In this document: positions 10,503 to 19,650 of the stretch, one piece after another | Layout of the letters: every line of letters begins with the position of its first letter | How positions within the stretch are numbered: position 1 is the first letter of the stretch | Source of the DNA: Pseudomonadota bacterium | GTDB lineage: Bacteria; Pseudomonadota; Alphaproteobacteria; MPNO01; UBA830 | Assembly: GCA_036339975.1 (NCBI GenBank) | Contig: JAYYZV010000061.1 | Location: 1 to 54,496 of the forward strand | Length of the DNA: 54,496 nucleotides | Direction of reading: 5' to 3' | Notes under the pieces: generated by a model | The model's input: only the letters and a program-made list of their open reading frames with translations | Told to the model about the DNA's origin: nothing | Databases searched by the model: none | Position numbers and translations under genes: made by a program

Positions 10503-12167
10503 TCAGGGTTGATCTTCATCCCAGCCCGGCACTGATCGGACATGGGTATTTGGTTTTACGCCAGCACGCCTGCGCTGGCCGCTTCGTTTACCATTCTCGA
10601 GGTATTTCCCGTGGGCAGCATGCTTGGCTAGCTGATCCCATTCTTCAGTCCAGTCGCCTAAGGAATATCCGTGCCAAGGGCTCTCAGGGTTCAGTGGCGG
10701 CAGACCAAGTTCTTCCCACAGTTCCCGGGCACGCTCCATGTATTCGCGTTTCGGCAGCGCCAAGGGAGGCATTTCGCGTTTCAGAGTGGCGTCTATCAAC
10801 AGCGTGGAATCCTCGGGACGGGTGCCATCCTTCCCTTTGGGACCATGCCCGGCGTCACGGTGCCGGAGGATTTCGACATCCTTATCGGGGTCAGCCCGAT
10901 ACCCCAGCGACCAGAACACAGCGTCACCATTATCAGGGTCAATATCCTCATTGACGGCGATGACATACTTGCCGCAATCGGCGCGGAGACTAGTCGCACC
11001 GTATAGTGCACGCCATACCTCGGTACGCGGGGTTCCGGGCTCCATCTGAAGGAAGATCACGCGGCGGATATTGGTCAGCGGCTCGTGAAGGAAGACGCGC
11101 TTCACCCCCTTGATGCCAAGCTGGTCGCGCAGATGGGCAAGAAACATTGGCTCATAGGCAACGCGCTTGATAACCGACGACTCTGATGGTGTCACCTGAC
11201 TGATAATTGACGAGAGAACGGCGTCCGATTTACGCGTAATCGCCGAAACCTCGAAAATCATATTGTAATCTTCAAGCGAAATATGGCCGTGGGACTCGCC
11301 AAATGGTGCCTCAGGTTCGAGGTATTCCGTATCTATAAAGCCCTCAATGATAATTTCGGCCTCTGCCGGAACCATCAGATCCAAGGTTCTGCACTTCACA
11401 ATCCGGATTGGTGTACCGGTAAGGGCGCCGGCGATCGTCAGTTCATCAACATCTCGCCTGATTTTTTGAGGTCCCGTATATGCGACTGCCGGGGGACAAC
11501 CTAGCACCACGGCACATGGCATTCTCTCGCCCCGCGCCCGATACTTCTCCCAGTGCAGGTATCCGCCTGCACCTCCTTCCCGGGCCGACATACGTACCGC
11601 CATCCGGTTCGACGCTTTTAGCCCTCCACGGTAAGTGCCCATGTTCTGGATGCCGGTTTCTGGATCGACAGATACGAAAAGACCAGAAGTCAGATACGGC
11701 GCGCTATCGAAGCCGGGAGTAGATATCGGAACTGGAAGTGCATCGAGGCCATTTCCATCTCCAATAAGGTCTTCGCCAGAGATCACTATCTCCTGACAAG
11801 CCCCTTCAGAAACGGTAACGGTATCAATGGGATTGTTTACCGCTTGCGCCCAATGCGGGCCGATATCACTCAACGGTACGCCAATTCCGATACTATACAC
11901 TTCCCGATTGGCGGCAAGCGCACCGACGACCACCGGCATGTCGAAACTCCGGCCGCGACTATCGCAAACATTGGTAAAAAGGAAGGCTTTTCGGCCAGAA
12001 TCAGGGATCCCGCCGCGGTACTGCCATCGCACGAGCGGGTGTAGTTCGGTATCCTTGTTAATTGGGCGATCGATCCGTAGGAGTAAACCTGCTTCTTCCA
12101 AATCGGATAAATGGTCCTGCAGATCCGGATAACCGCGGGAGGGTGTCGCACTAGTTCCCATTTTCAC
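10503..12167 (-). CDS. UbiD-family (prFMN-dependent) decarboxylase/carboxylase, paralog 3
   Basis: 554 aa. Motifs IQNMGTYRG, YLHW and EAPFGESHGH. The track start is the GTG at 12167. The ATG at 12161 has better SD spacing (AGGCGAAG). Stop lies 32 nt before the paralog 2 start. Confidence 0.9.
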   Translation of the reverse strand: MKMGTSATPSRGYPDLQDHLSDLEEAGLLLRIDRPINKDTELHPLVRWQYRGGIPDSGRKAFLFTNVCDSRGRSFDMPVVVGALAANREVYSIGIGVPLSDIGPHWAQAVNNPIDTVTVSEGACQEIVISGEDLIGDGNGLDALPVPISTPGFDSAPYLTSGLFVSVDPETGIQNMGTYRGGLKASNRMAVRMSAREGGAGGYLHWEKYRARGERMPCAVVLGCPPAVAYTGPQKIRRDVDELTIAGALTGTPIRIVKCRTLDLMVPAEAEIIIEGFIDTEYLEPEAPFGESHGHISLEDYNMIFEVSAITRKSDAVLSSIISQVTPSESSVIKRVAYEPMFLAHLRDQLGIKGVKRVFLHEPLTNIRRVIFLQMEPGTPRTEVWRALYGATSLRADCGKYVIAVNEDIDPDNGDAVFWSLGYRADPDKDVEILRHRDAGHGPKGKDGTRPEDSTLLIDATLKREMPPLALPKREYMERARELWEELGLPPLNPESPWHGYSLGDWTEEWDQLAKHAAHGKYLENGKRSGQRRRAGVKPNTHVRSVPGWDEDQP

Positions 12168-12276
12168 TTCGCCTATTGTGAAATTACGTGCCGACCGTCT
12201 GTGGATACAGACCAGACAATACGACGGCGGAACCCAAATTTCAATACGCTACCGTATGGCATGTAAGATACTGATA

Positions 12277-12876
12277 TTAATCAGGCAAATTAGTCGACAG
12301 TAGTAGGTGGTATTCTCTCGCACGGGAGAGCCGCTCTTCCAGCGGTAGCCCACCGCTTCGCAAAAATTCTCCTGTCATTATTGCCTGGTAGATTTGACCC
12401 CGCACCCGAGCCTCTTCCTGCGGAAAACCGATTTCCTTCAGTTCCCTAATCAGAAACGCCAGTCTCTGCGCGTCACGGTCTTCTATCCGCCGCGCCGCGT
12501 CAGGATCTTTATGCGAGAAGAGCCGCAAGGTCACCGTTTGTCCACGCGTAGTGCGCCGGATCACACTTTCGAACAACTTCCAGATCCTATCCGCAGCATT
12601 ATCGCCACCGTCGCAATTTGGCGACAGATACTCCTCCCCGATCGTAAACCAGCGATCAAGTAGCGCGTCCAACAATTCCTGACGGTCTTTAAAATGCCAG
12701 TAAAAACTGCCCTTGGTGACGCCGAGGCGTTTTGCAAGCGGCTCCACACGAACCCCGTCTAAACCTGTTTCGCCAAGCATTTCCCACGCACCGGAGATCC
12801 AGTCTCCTTTCGTCAAGCTCTCGTTTACCCGCCCCCTGTCTGCGGCCGAGGATGATGAGTCAGCGGTTTTCACCAT
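12277..12876 (-). CDS. TetR/AcrR-family transcriptional regulator
   Basis: N-terminal HTH (GVRVEPLAKRLGVTKGSFYWHFKDRQELL). I use the internal ATG at 12876 (GGAGGAG SD 7 nt upstream, 199 aa) rather than the track start 12987, whose extra 37 residues look non-protein-like. Confidence 0.85.
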   Translation of the reverse strand: MVKTADSSSSAADRGRVNESLTKGDWISGAWEMLGETGLDGVRVEPLAKRLGVTKGSFYWHFKDRQELLDALLDRWFTIGEEYLSPNCDGGDNAADRIWKLFESVIRRTTRGQTVTLRLFSHKDPDAARRIEDRDAQRLAFLIRELKEIGFPQEEARVRGQIYQAIMTGEFLRSGGLPLEERLSRAREYHLLLSTNLPD

Positions 12877-13049
12877 TGTCGTGCTCCTCCAGTGAAAATG
12901 AATGCCGGCAAATCGGCCAGAGAGCAACCCGCAACAGTATTGATATACGAAATTAAATATTTTTAAACTTCGCTGCCCTCTTTCCAATTTCTCTCCGTCC
13001 CCTTAGTCTTTTGGTACCCATAACTGAAAGGGCAAAAGGGAGGATCCAC

Positions 13050-14075
13050 ATGTCCAAGCGTATTAAACACTTAATCACTAGCGTATCCGCCGTTGCGGTA
13101 ATTGGGATTGCCGCTCCGGCTGTCACAAACGCCAACGTTGCAGATTTCTACAAGGGGAAGACGGTCACGGTCATGGTGCCGTCAGGGCTAGGGGCAACCC
13201 TCGGTCTTTACGGCCGGCTAACGACAGAACACCTTGGGAAACATATTCCCGGGAATCCAACGGTAATTATCCAGTCACGCCCTGGAGGGGGAGGCACCAA
13301 GGGTGCGGCATATGCGTATAACGCAGCGCCGAAAGACGGAACCTATATCGCCGAAGCGTTGGCCCCTTCGGCGCTCGCACCACTACTTCGCAAGATGAAA
13401 TTTGATGCGTCAAAATTTCAATGGCTGGGATCGATCACGCCGCGTCCGGCTGTCGTTTCCGTATGGCACAAGGCGCCGGTCAGCGATCTAGCTTCTGCGC
13501 AGAAGCGTCAAGCTATTATGGGTTCGACTGGCCTCGGTTCAGAAACCTATCTCGCGCCGACACTACTGAACCACATCGCCGGAACAAAGTTCAAGATAGT
13601 CAAAGGCTATAAGGGTGGCGCCAAGATCAACAAAGCCATGGAAGGCGGCGAAGTGCACGGTCGGATGAATTACTGGTCTGGCTGGACCGCAGGCAAACCC
13701 GCTTGGGTCAGTGGCAATAAACTGCGTCACATCGTGAGCTACGGCGGCAACATCCCTGCGCTACCCAATCTGCCGAAGATGATCGATCTTGCAAAAACAG
13801 CGGAACAGAAAGCAATGGTTCGGTTCCTAGAGGTAGCGCCGCGGATCGGCATGGGTTTCTGGGTACATCCGGAAGTTCCGAAAGCTCGTGTAGCGGCACT
13901 CCGTAAGGCGTTCATGTCAATGCTTAACTCCCCGGCATTTCTGGCGGATGCGAAGAAGCGTAAGGCACCGGTCAATCCAGTGCCGGGTAAGGTGCTCGAC
14001 AAGCTTGTCGCCGAAGCTTACGCAACACCTTCTGCAACCATCGGAAAGCTAAAGAAAGTGTTCGGCTTCAAGTAA
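13050..14075 (+). CDS. Tripartite tricarboxylate transporter substrate-binding protein (Bug/TctC family)
   Basis: 341 aa from the ATG at 13050 (GGGAGGA SD). Signal peptide (ITSVSAVAVIGIAAPAVTNA). Bug-family sequence (FYKGKTVTVMVPSGLG, IIQSRPGGGGTKGA). Divergent from the TetR gene. Confidence 0.85.
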   Translation: MSKRIKHLITSVSAVAVIGIAAPAVTNANVADFYKGKTVTVMVPSGLGATLGLYGRLTTEHLGKHIPGNPTVIIQSRPGGGGTKGAAYAYNAAPKDGTYIAEALAPSALAPLLRKMKFDASKFQWLGSITPRPAVVSVWHKAPVSDLASAQKRQAIMGSTGLGSETYLAPTLLNHIAGTKFKIVKGYKGGAKINKAMEGGEVHGRMNYWSGWTAGKPAWVSGNKLRHIVSYGGNIPALPNLPKMIDLAKTAEQKAMVRFLEVAPRIGMGFWVHPEVPKARVAALRKAFMSMLNSPAFLADAKKRKAPVNPVPGKVLDKLVAEAYATPSATIGKLKKVFGFK

Positions 14076-14091
14076 GCGGACTACTTTATGT

Positions 14092-14130
14092 AAAAAACAC
14101 CCCGGAGCGGCGGCTCCGGGGTGTTTTTTT
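14092..14130. terminator. Bidirectional rho-independent terminator
   Basis: Perfect 11-bp stem CACCCCGGAGC (14098-14108) / GCTCCGGGGTG (14113-14123) with a GGCG loop. Flanked by A6 on the left and T7 on the right. Sits between convergent tctC-like and tctA-like genes. Confidence 0.9.
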
Positions 14131-14152
14131 GTTTGTGATCAGGCTGCAACGC

Positions 14153-16288
14153 TCAGAACATATTTGCCCACGGGATTGACCGCACTTGGGGGTACCAGTC
14201 ACCTAACAGCGACTGCGGCCACGGGATAATCAAAACATAGTGGAACAGTAAATATGAGAGGGCCCAGATAGATGATGCCACTCCCAGCGTCACCCCCCAA
14301 TCTTCCTTACCCTCGAAGCGCATATAAGCAACGAGGAAAACGAACATCGCCGGCAAAAGACCGATGACCGCGGAAGCACCGAAGAAAAACACCAGCCATG
14401 AGAAATACGCAATGACCCGCTTCGTGATTTCAGCCCCCGGCAAGTCACCGTAATCGGCGCTAATGTCAAAATGCACATCGCTTTGTGCAGGCGCGCCTCC
14501 CTCGCCGCGTCCGGGTATCCCATCTTCGGTCGCAGCCACTGGTTCACCAGGCGCCACAAACATTGCCGACAAAATTAGCCAACCAATAAAAATCATCGCC
14601 GCTACGGACACAACCTGAGGAATCAGCCTGGCGCCAAATTCCCAGCTAGACGAAATACCAAATGCCGTCGCGAATAGCGCGAATAGAATGATCGCAAAAA
14701 CAAAATCAGGATTGATCGCAGCTTTTTGAAAACCAAATTTGCTCGCCGCCTTGGAAGTTTTGGCGCGGGCGCGGTAACCTCGAATGATAGGTGCCAGCAC
14801 CCCATAAAGCGTGACAGCAAAGATGATTGGCACATAAGGTGCGAACACCACATTGCCGTCTCCGAAGTCGCGCCAAATCCAAAGCCAGTCTGCGCCATAC
14901 CGCTCTGTCGAAATGAACATATAGCGTTCTACTAAACCGCCGAGAACAAAACCGAGGATCAGCGGCGGCCGCGGCCAGCGCAGACGTTTCATAATCCAAC
15001 CGATAAGTCCGAATATCAAAAGAGCGTAAATATCTCCCCACTGACGAGAACCTTGGAACGCCCCTACATAGGTCACAGCCAGCACGACAGGCGCAAGTAT
15101 ACCGATCCGGATCAGTGCCACCTTTGCAAGCTGGTTCGCAAAGGTGAAACAAATACCCGCACCCAGAATATTGGCGATGGCCACCGACCATACCAGTGTG
15201 TAGGTGACATCCAGATTTTTGGTTAACATTTCCGGCCCGGGCACGAGGCCATGAATCAGAAACGCCCCCAGAACCAGTGCCATCGAGGCGGATCCAGGAA
15301 CGCCAAATGCGATGGTCGGCACAAGCGCACCGCCTTCTTTGGCGTTGTTAGACGATTCAGATGCTATCACGCCTCGAACGTCACCCTTACCAAAGGTTTC
15401 AGGCGCTCCTTTCTCGGATCGCGCAGCATGTCCGTAGGCGATCCAGTCGATAACCGACGCGCCAATTCCTGGCACCGCACCCAGTGACGAACCGATCGAC
15501 GAACATCGGAGTACCAAGAACCAGTTTCTCAAGGTATCCTTAATTCCTTCGAGCTGCCCGAAGCGGACATCTTGCTTCTCGCCGGCCTTCACATTAATCG
15601 ATTGTTTTGTAATCGCCATGTCGGCGAGTTCCGGTATTGCAAATAGGCCAAGTGCAAGGGGAACAACCGGCAACCCGTCCCACAGATAAAGGGAGTCAAA
15701 CGTCCATCGCAGGGTACCCGTCTGCGGATCATCTCCCGCCGTGGCTACCATCAGACCAATACAAGCTCCCGCCAGGCCCTTTAGCGGCGAACCACCAGAT
15801 AGGACGGCCACGAGGGAGAGGCCAAAAACGCAGATCGCCAGCAATTCTGGGGAGCCTATTTCAAGTACAATCGGACGCAGTACAGGCACACTGACACCGA
15901 GCAACAGGGCACCAAACAACCCGCCTATCACGGAAGCAGAAAAGGCGGCACCAAAAGCCCGACCCGCCTCGCCCTTTCGTGCCATTGGGTAGCCGTCCAA
16001 TATCGTAGCCGCCGATCCCACCGTCCCCGGCACTCCAAATAACACCGCTGGTATTGTATCAGATGTCACAACGACCGACTGCAGGCCCATCATGAAGGCG
16101 AGGGCGGTGAATGGGTCCATGTTGAATGTAAAAGGCAGGAGGAGTGACAATCCAACCAAGCCGCCGAGCCCCGGGATCACACCCAGAACGAGACCTATAA
16201 TCACCCCGAAGGAGAGAAAGCCAAGCCTTTCAAGGCTCGCCATATTTTGGAACGCCTGTATGGCGCTACCCAACATATCAACTTCCAT
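14153..16288 (-). CDS. Tripartite tricarboxylate transporter large permease TctA with fused C-terminal TctB-like 4-TM domain
   Basis: 711 aa. The first ~500 aa are typical TctA (GVIPGLGGLVGLSLLLPFTF, DGYPMARKG). The last ~200 aa add four further hydrophobic helices after a hydrophilic linker. GGGAG SD before the ATG at 16288. No separate tctB gene. Confidence 0.8.
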   Translation of the reverse strand: MEVDMLGSAIQAFQNMASLERLGFLSFGVIIGLVLGVIPGLGGLVGLSLLLPFTFNMDPFTALAFMMGLQSVVVTSDTIPAVLFGVPGTVGSAATILDGYPMARKGEAGRAFGAAFSASVIGGLFGALLLGVSVPVLRPIVLEIGSPELLAICVFGLSLVAVLSGGSPLKGLAGACIGLMVATAGDDPQTGTLRWTFDSLYLWDGLPVVPLALGLFAIPELADMAITKQSINVKAGEKQDVRFGQLEGIKDTLRNWFLVLRCSSIGSSLGAVPGIGASVIDWIAYGHAARSEKGAPETFGKGDVRGVIASESSNNAKEGGALVPTIAFGVPGSASMALVLGAFLIHGLVPGPEMLTKNLDVTYTLVWSVAIANILGAGICFTFANQLAKVALIRIGILAPVVLAVTYVGAFQGSRQWGDIYALLIFGLIGWIMKRLRWPRPPLILGFVLGGLVERYMFISTERYGADWLWIWRDFGDGNVVFAPYVPIIFAVTLYGVLAPIIRGYRARAKTSKAASKFGFQKAAINPDFVFAIILFALFATAFGISSSWEFGARLIPQVVSVAAMIFIGWLILSAMFVAPGEPVAATEDGIPGRGEGGAPAQSDVHFDISADYGDLPGAEITKRVIAYFSWLVFFFGASAVIGLLPAMFVFLVAYMRFEGKEDWGVTLGVASSIWALSYLLFHYVLIIPWPQSLLGDWYPQVRSIPWANMF

Positions 16289-16373
16289 CTCACGCTCCCT
16301 GTCCGGCCTTTTTAAAGCGGCCCGTTATCCCAAACACCTGATTAAAGTAAACACGTATCAGACCGATTTAGCC

Positions 16374-16402
16374 TGTCAAGCAATGCCATACGATATCGTA
16401 TG
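16374..16402 (-). promoter_or_regulatory. Candidate promoter -35 (TTGACA) preceded by a perfect 16-bp palindrome upstream of the tctA-like gene
   Basis: CATACGATATCGTATG (16387-16402) is a perfect palindrome. On the minus strand a consensus TTGACA (16379-16374) follows 7 nt later. The -10 element is not obvious. Confidence 0.4.
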
Positions 16403-16411
16403 ATGCTCTCT

Positions 16412-17761
16412 TTACTCCGCCGCAACTGCCGTGTAATCCGGATGCCGGGCGCTTACGTCGATCTTGAAGATATTTTGCGCAGTCCGACCCAAGATATTCC
16501 GTTTTGCCGCTTCGTCGATAAAAGGTAGATCCCAAATCACGGACGGAATGTCCATATCCCAATGCGGGTAGTCGGATGCCCAGAGAAGCTGTGTTTCAGC
16601 GTTCATAGCTTTAAAGGTGGCTTCCAGCAATCCGATATCGTCCGGCATCTCCATCGGTTGTGTCGTGTAATACATGTCACGCATGTAATCGCTAGGTAGC
16701 TTTTTCAGCATCGGGCACTCCGACGAACGCATTCGGTATTGTGTGTCCAGTCGCTGCATCAGGAACGGGACCCAAGAAATACCGGATTCGATCCAGACCA
16801 CCGGCAGTCCCGGAAACCGCTCATTCATTCCGTTTAGCACCCAGTTCGTGCAATGCACCACATTGTACCAGGTGAAGCCTAGCGCGTGGACCGCTAGAAA
16901 CCGATTACAGGTCCGAAACATCGGATCATCCCAGTTAAAACCGGAATGGAACCCAATCGGAAGTCCAAGTTCCTCGATGGCATGGTAAATTTTCATGTAG
17001 TCGTTGTGATGGACAGGCCGGTGACGAACTGACGTAACCATAAATCCGATTACCCCTTCGGCGTCCCCGAAATCCTCGACGATTTTCAACGCCGCGTCTG
17101 GATTATTGAACGGAAGGTACAGCATGGATTTCATGCGCGGGCTTCCTGGCAAAATCTTTTCGACCAGCCATCGGTTATAGGCGCGCGCCAGTGTTACCTC
17201 GACGTCGGCTTGAGGATGCATCGCAAGGCCAAGCATCGGCGTTGGGAATACACAGGCGTAGTCTACACCCATAGCATCCATCCAGCGGTGACTAAGGTGC
17301 ACATCGCGATGGGTGCCGTCGTCCGGTGTTTCCTCCATCCCGCGCAACGGATAACGGGTCACCCGTCCGCCAATATCCTGATATCCGACGCGTCCCAGCG
17401 AGAACATCGATCCGCGGTGGGCTATCTGCTGCGCTGATTTGGCCAGTTGGCGCAAGACCGGATCCTCAATGAATTCAACGATCTCTTTCATCGATTCCGT
17501 TTCGTAGTGATGAGCATCGACATCGATAATCAGCATATCGTTGAAGTTGCGCCGGTCGCGCTGCCGTGCGGCATTCTGCATGAGCTTTTCGGTGTCGAAT
17601 TCCTCGACGCTCATGCGGAAATATCTCTCATTCCCTGTAGGGAGTTCCATTGTTACCGTCCCCCGGATCGACGTTTTGACGTTCATTGTAACGCGAAATA
17701 TTCCTGAGGCCAAAGGATTGGATTCATCCGCTGTCTGCCCCATAAACCCCATATCCAACAC
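16412..17761 (-). CDS. Amidohydrolase_2 (ACMSD/LigW-type metal-dependent hydrolase or decarboxylase) family protein
   Basis: IDVDAHHYE metal motif near the N-terminus, HSGF, and C-terminal WASDYPHWD. The maximal ORF starts at the GTG at 17761, only 14 nt from the divergent gene. Internal ATGs at 17743, 17686 or 17650 (GGGGGACGG SD) are plausible true starts. Confidence 0.8.
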   Translation of the reverse strand: MLDMGFMGQTADESNPLASGIFRVTMNVKTSIRGTVTMELPTGNERYFRMSVEEFDTEKLMQNAARQRDRRNFNDMLIIDVDAHHYETESMKEIVEFIEDPVLRQLAKSAQQIAHRGSMFSLGRVGYQDIGGRVTRYPLRGMEETPDDGTHRDVHLSHRWMDAMGVDYACVFPTPMLGLAMHPQADVEVTLARAYNRWLVEKILPGSPRMKSMLYLPFNNPDAALKIVEDFGDAEGVIGFMVTSVRHRPVHHNDYMKIYHAIEELGLPIGFHSGFNWDDPMFRTCNRFLAVHALGFTWYNVVHCTNWVLNGMNERFPGLPVVWIESGISWVPFLMQRLDTQYRMRSSECPMLKKLPSDYMRDMYYTTQPMEMPDDIGLLEATFKAMNAETQLLWASDYPHWDMDIPSVIWDLPFIDEAAKRNILGRTAQNIFKIDVSARHPDYTAVAAE

Positions 17762-17775
17762 TTTAGGGAATTCCT

Positions 17776-18540
17776 ATGACTGATAAGCCATTCACCCGCA
17801 TCGGCACGCCAACATCCGACACCGACCGGTTCCGTATGCGCGGCCGCGATGTACTGAGTGAAATTCTAGGCGAAAAAAGTTTCTCCGAAACTTTCTATCT
17901 TCTGGTTACCGGCAATGAATTGCCGGAAAACCACGTCCGGACTTTCGACGCCTGCATGGTCATTCTGATGGATCACGGTATCACACCAACTGCACTAGTC
18001 GCCCGCATGGTACACGATTCCCTGCCGGAAGACGTCCAGCTACCCATGATCGCCGGCGCCATGATGGTCGGCAATAAATTCGCCGGTACAATGGCCGGCG
18101 CAGGTGCCATTTTTAAGGAAGGCATAGAGGCCGGCGGCGACCCCCACGAATTCGCACGTTCCGTCATCGCCCGTCACAAAGAACAGAAAAAATTCATCCC
18201 GGGTTACGGACACCCCTACTACTTCCCGACCGATCCCCGATCCGACCGCATGTTCCAGATCGCTCGTGAAGGCGGCGTCGAGGGAAAATACATCGAATTG
18301 GCAAAGGTCCTATCTGAGGAAATTGAAAAATCACGCGGCAAGCCTTTAACCCTAAATGTCACCGGCGCCCTCGGTGCGGTACTGAACGAAGTGTCATTTC
18401 CAGTGGAAGTTATGCGTGGCGTCGCCGCCGTCAGCCGCTCGGCAGGCTTGATCGGCCATGTATTTGAGGAGATGGAAAACCCGATAGCGCCATCGGTAGT
18501 CGATTTCATCAACAGTATCGAATATCGCGACCCGGATTAA
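17776..18540 (+). CDS. Citrate-synthase-fold short protein (citryl-CoA lyase-like)
   Basis: 254 aa, about the size of the catalytic part of a citrate synthase. GYGHPYYFPTDPRSDRM corresponds to the citrate synthase His/Asp signature region. Confidence 0.65.
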   Translation: MTDKPFTRIGTPTSDTDRFRMRGRDVLSEILGEKSFSETFYLLVTGNELPENHVRTFDACMVILMDHGITPTALVARMVHDSLPEDVQLPMIAGAMMVGNKFAGTMAGAGAIFKEGIEAGGDPHEFARSVIARHKEQKKFIPGYGHPYYFPTDPRSDRMFQIAREGGVEGKYIELAKVLSEEIEKSRGKPLTLNVTGALGAVLNEVSFPVEVMRGVAAVSRSAGLIGHVFEEMENPIAPSVVDFINSIEYRDPD

Positions 18541-18651
18541 GGCAATCTAAAACCTACACGACTATTCGGGGCCGCCTCACGATAAGAAAAATGACTCTAA
18601 ACCCTGAGCAAACCCTGTCTGGGGCTTCGCGACGGACAAAGAAAAACTTAT

Positions 18652-19572
18652 ATGAGCCAACTAAGTACCAACTTGAAGATGACACCCCTTACCTGGGGCT
18701 ACCTGGTGGCTCTTTCGATTGTCTGGGGAGGAACATTCTTTTTTCAGGAAATTGCGGTAGCTGAGCTACCGACACTAGTAATTGTCGGCTGCCGGGTGGT
18801 TTTAGCGGCAGTTATTCTGATTTTCGTGATGTTGCTATTCCGTATACCCTTCCCGCGGGGAACAGGCGTGTGGCGAGCATTTGTCACTCTTGCGGTAATC
18901 AATAATATCATTCCCTTCAGCTTGATCGTTTGGGGTCAGATTTACATCACGTCTTCGCTAGCCTCGATCTTGAATGCAACGACGCCTCTTTTCGGTGTAG
19001 TCGCGGCACATTTCATGACGGCGGACGAAAAAATGAGCCCGCTGAAAGTTCTTGGCTTGATACTTGGGTTCATCGGTGTCGTGATCATGATTGGTGGCGA
19101 GGTGCTGCTGCAGATAGGATCTGACATCCCGGGACAGCTCGCGGTGGTAGCAGCTGCGGCCGCCTATGCATTCGGCGGCATATACGGCCGCCGGTTTAAG
19201 GCCATGGGAGTGGCTCCAACAGCCACGGCGACCTGCCAACTGACCGTTTCAGCCATAATTTTAGTTCCTGTGGTCCTTTTGGTTCATCAACCATGGACAT
19301 TAGCTGCACCAGGAACCGACGTCGTCCTTTCGCTGATTGCGCTCGCATCCGTTTCCACAGCGCTGGCCTATTTTTTCTATTTCCGTATCCTGTCGGCGGC
19401 CGGCGCAACCAACCTGATGTTGGTGACATTCCTGATCCCCGTGACCGGCATCGCGCTCGGTATATTATTCCTGAACGAGGTACTGGAGTTACCCCACGTC
19501 ATCGGTTTTGCCTTCATAGCCGCCGGGCTGGCAGCTATCGACGGTCGCATATTCGGCAAGATTCCAGTCTAG
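18652..19572 (+). CDS. DMT-superfamily (EamA-type) transporter
   Basis: 306 aa, about 10 hydrophobic helices, two EamA-like halves. Confidence 0.8.
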   Translation: MSQLSTNLKMTPLTWGYLVALSIVWGGTFFFQEIAVAELPTLVIVGCRVVLAAVILIFVMLLFRIPFPRGTGVWRAFVTLAVINNIIPFSLIVWGQIYITSSLASILNATTPLFGVVAAHFMTADEKMSPLKVLGLILGFIGVVIMIGGEVLLQIGSDIPGQLAVVAAAAAYAFGGIYGRRFKAMGVAPTATATCQLTVSAIILVPVVLLVHQPWTLAAPGTDVVLSLIALASVSTALAYFFYFRILSAAGATNLMLVTFLIPVTGIALGILFLNEVLELPHVIGFAFIAAGLAAIDGRIFGKIPV

Positions 19573-19650
19573 GGCAATCAATCCGGATTATATTTTCATC
19601 AGTTTAGTTGGGTGTTATCCGATCAAAAGTCACTCCCATCTGAGAACACA

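Noticed and set aside
12877-12987. 37-codon N-terminal extension of the TetR ORF
   Set aside because: The extension (MERGQRSLKIFNFVYQYCCGLLSGRFAGIHFHWRSTT) is not TetR-like and would consume the divergent promoter region. The internal ATG at 12876 has a strong SD.
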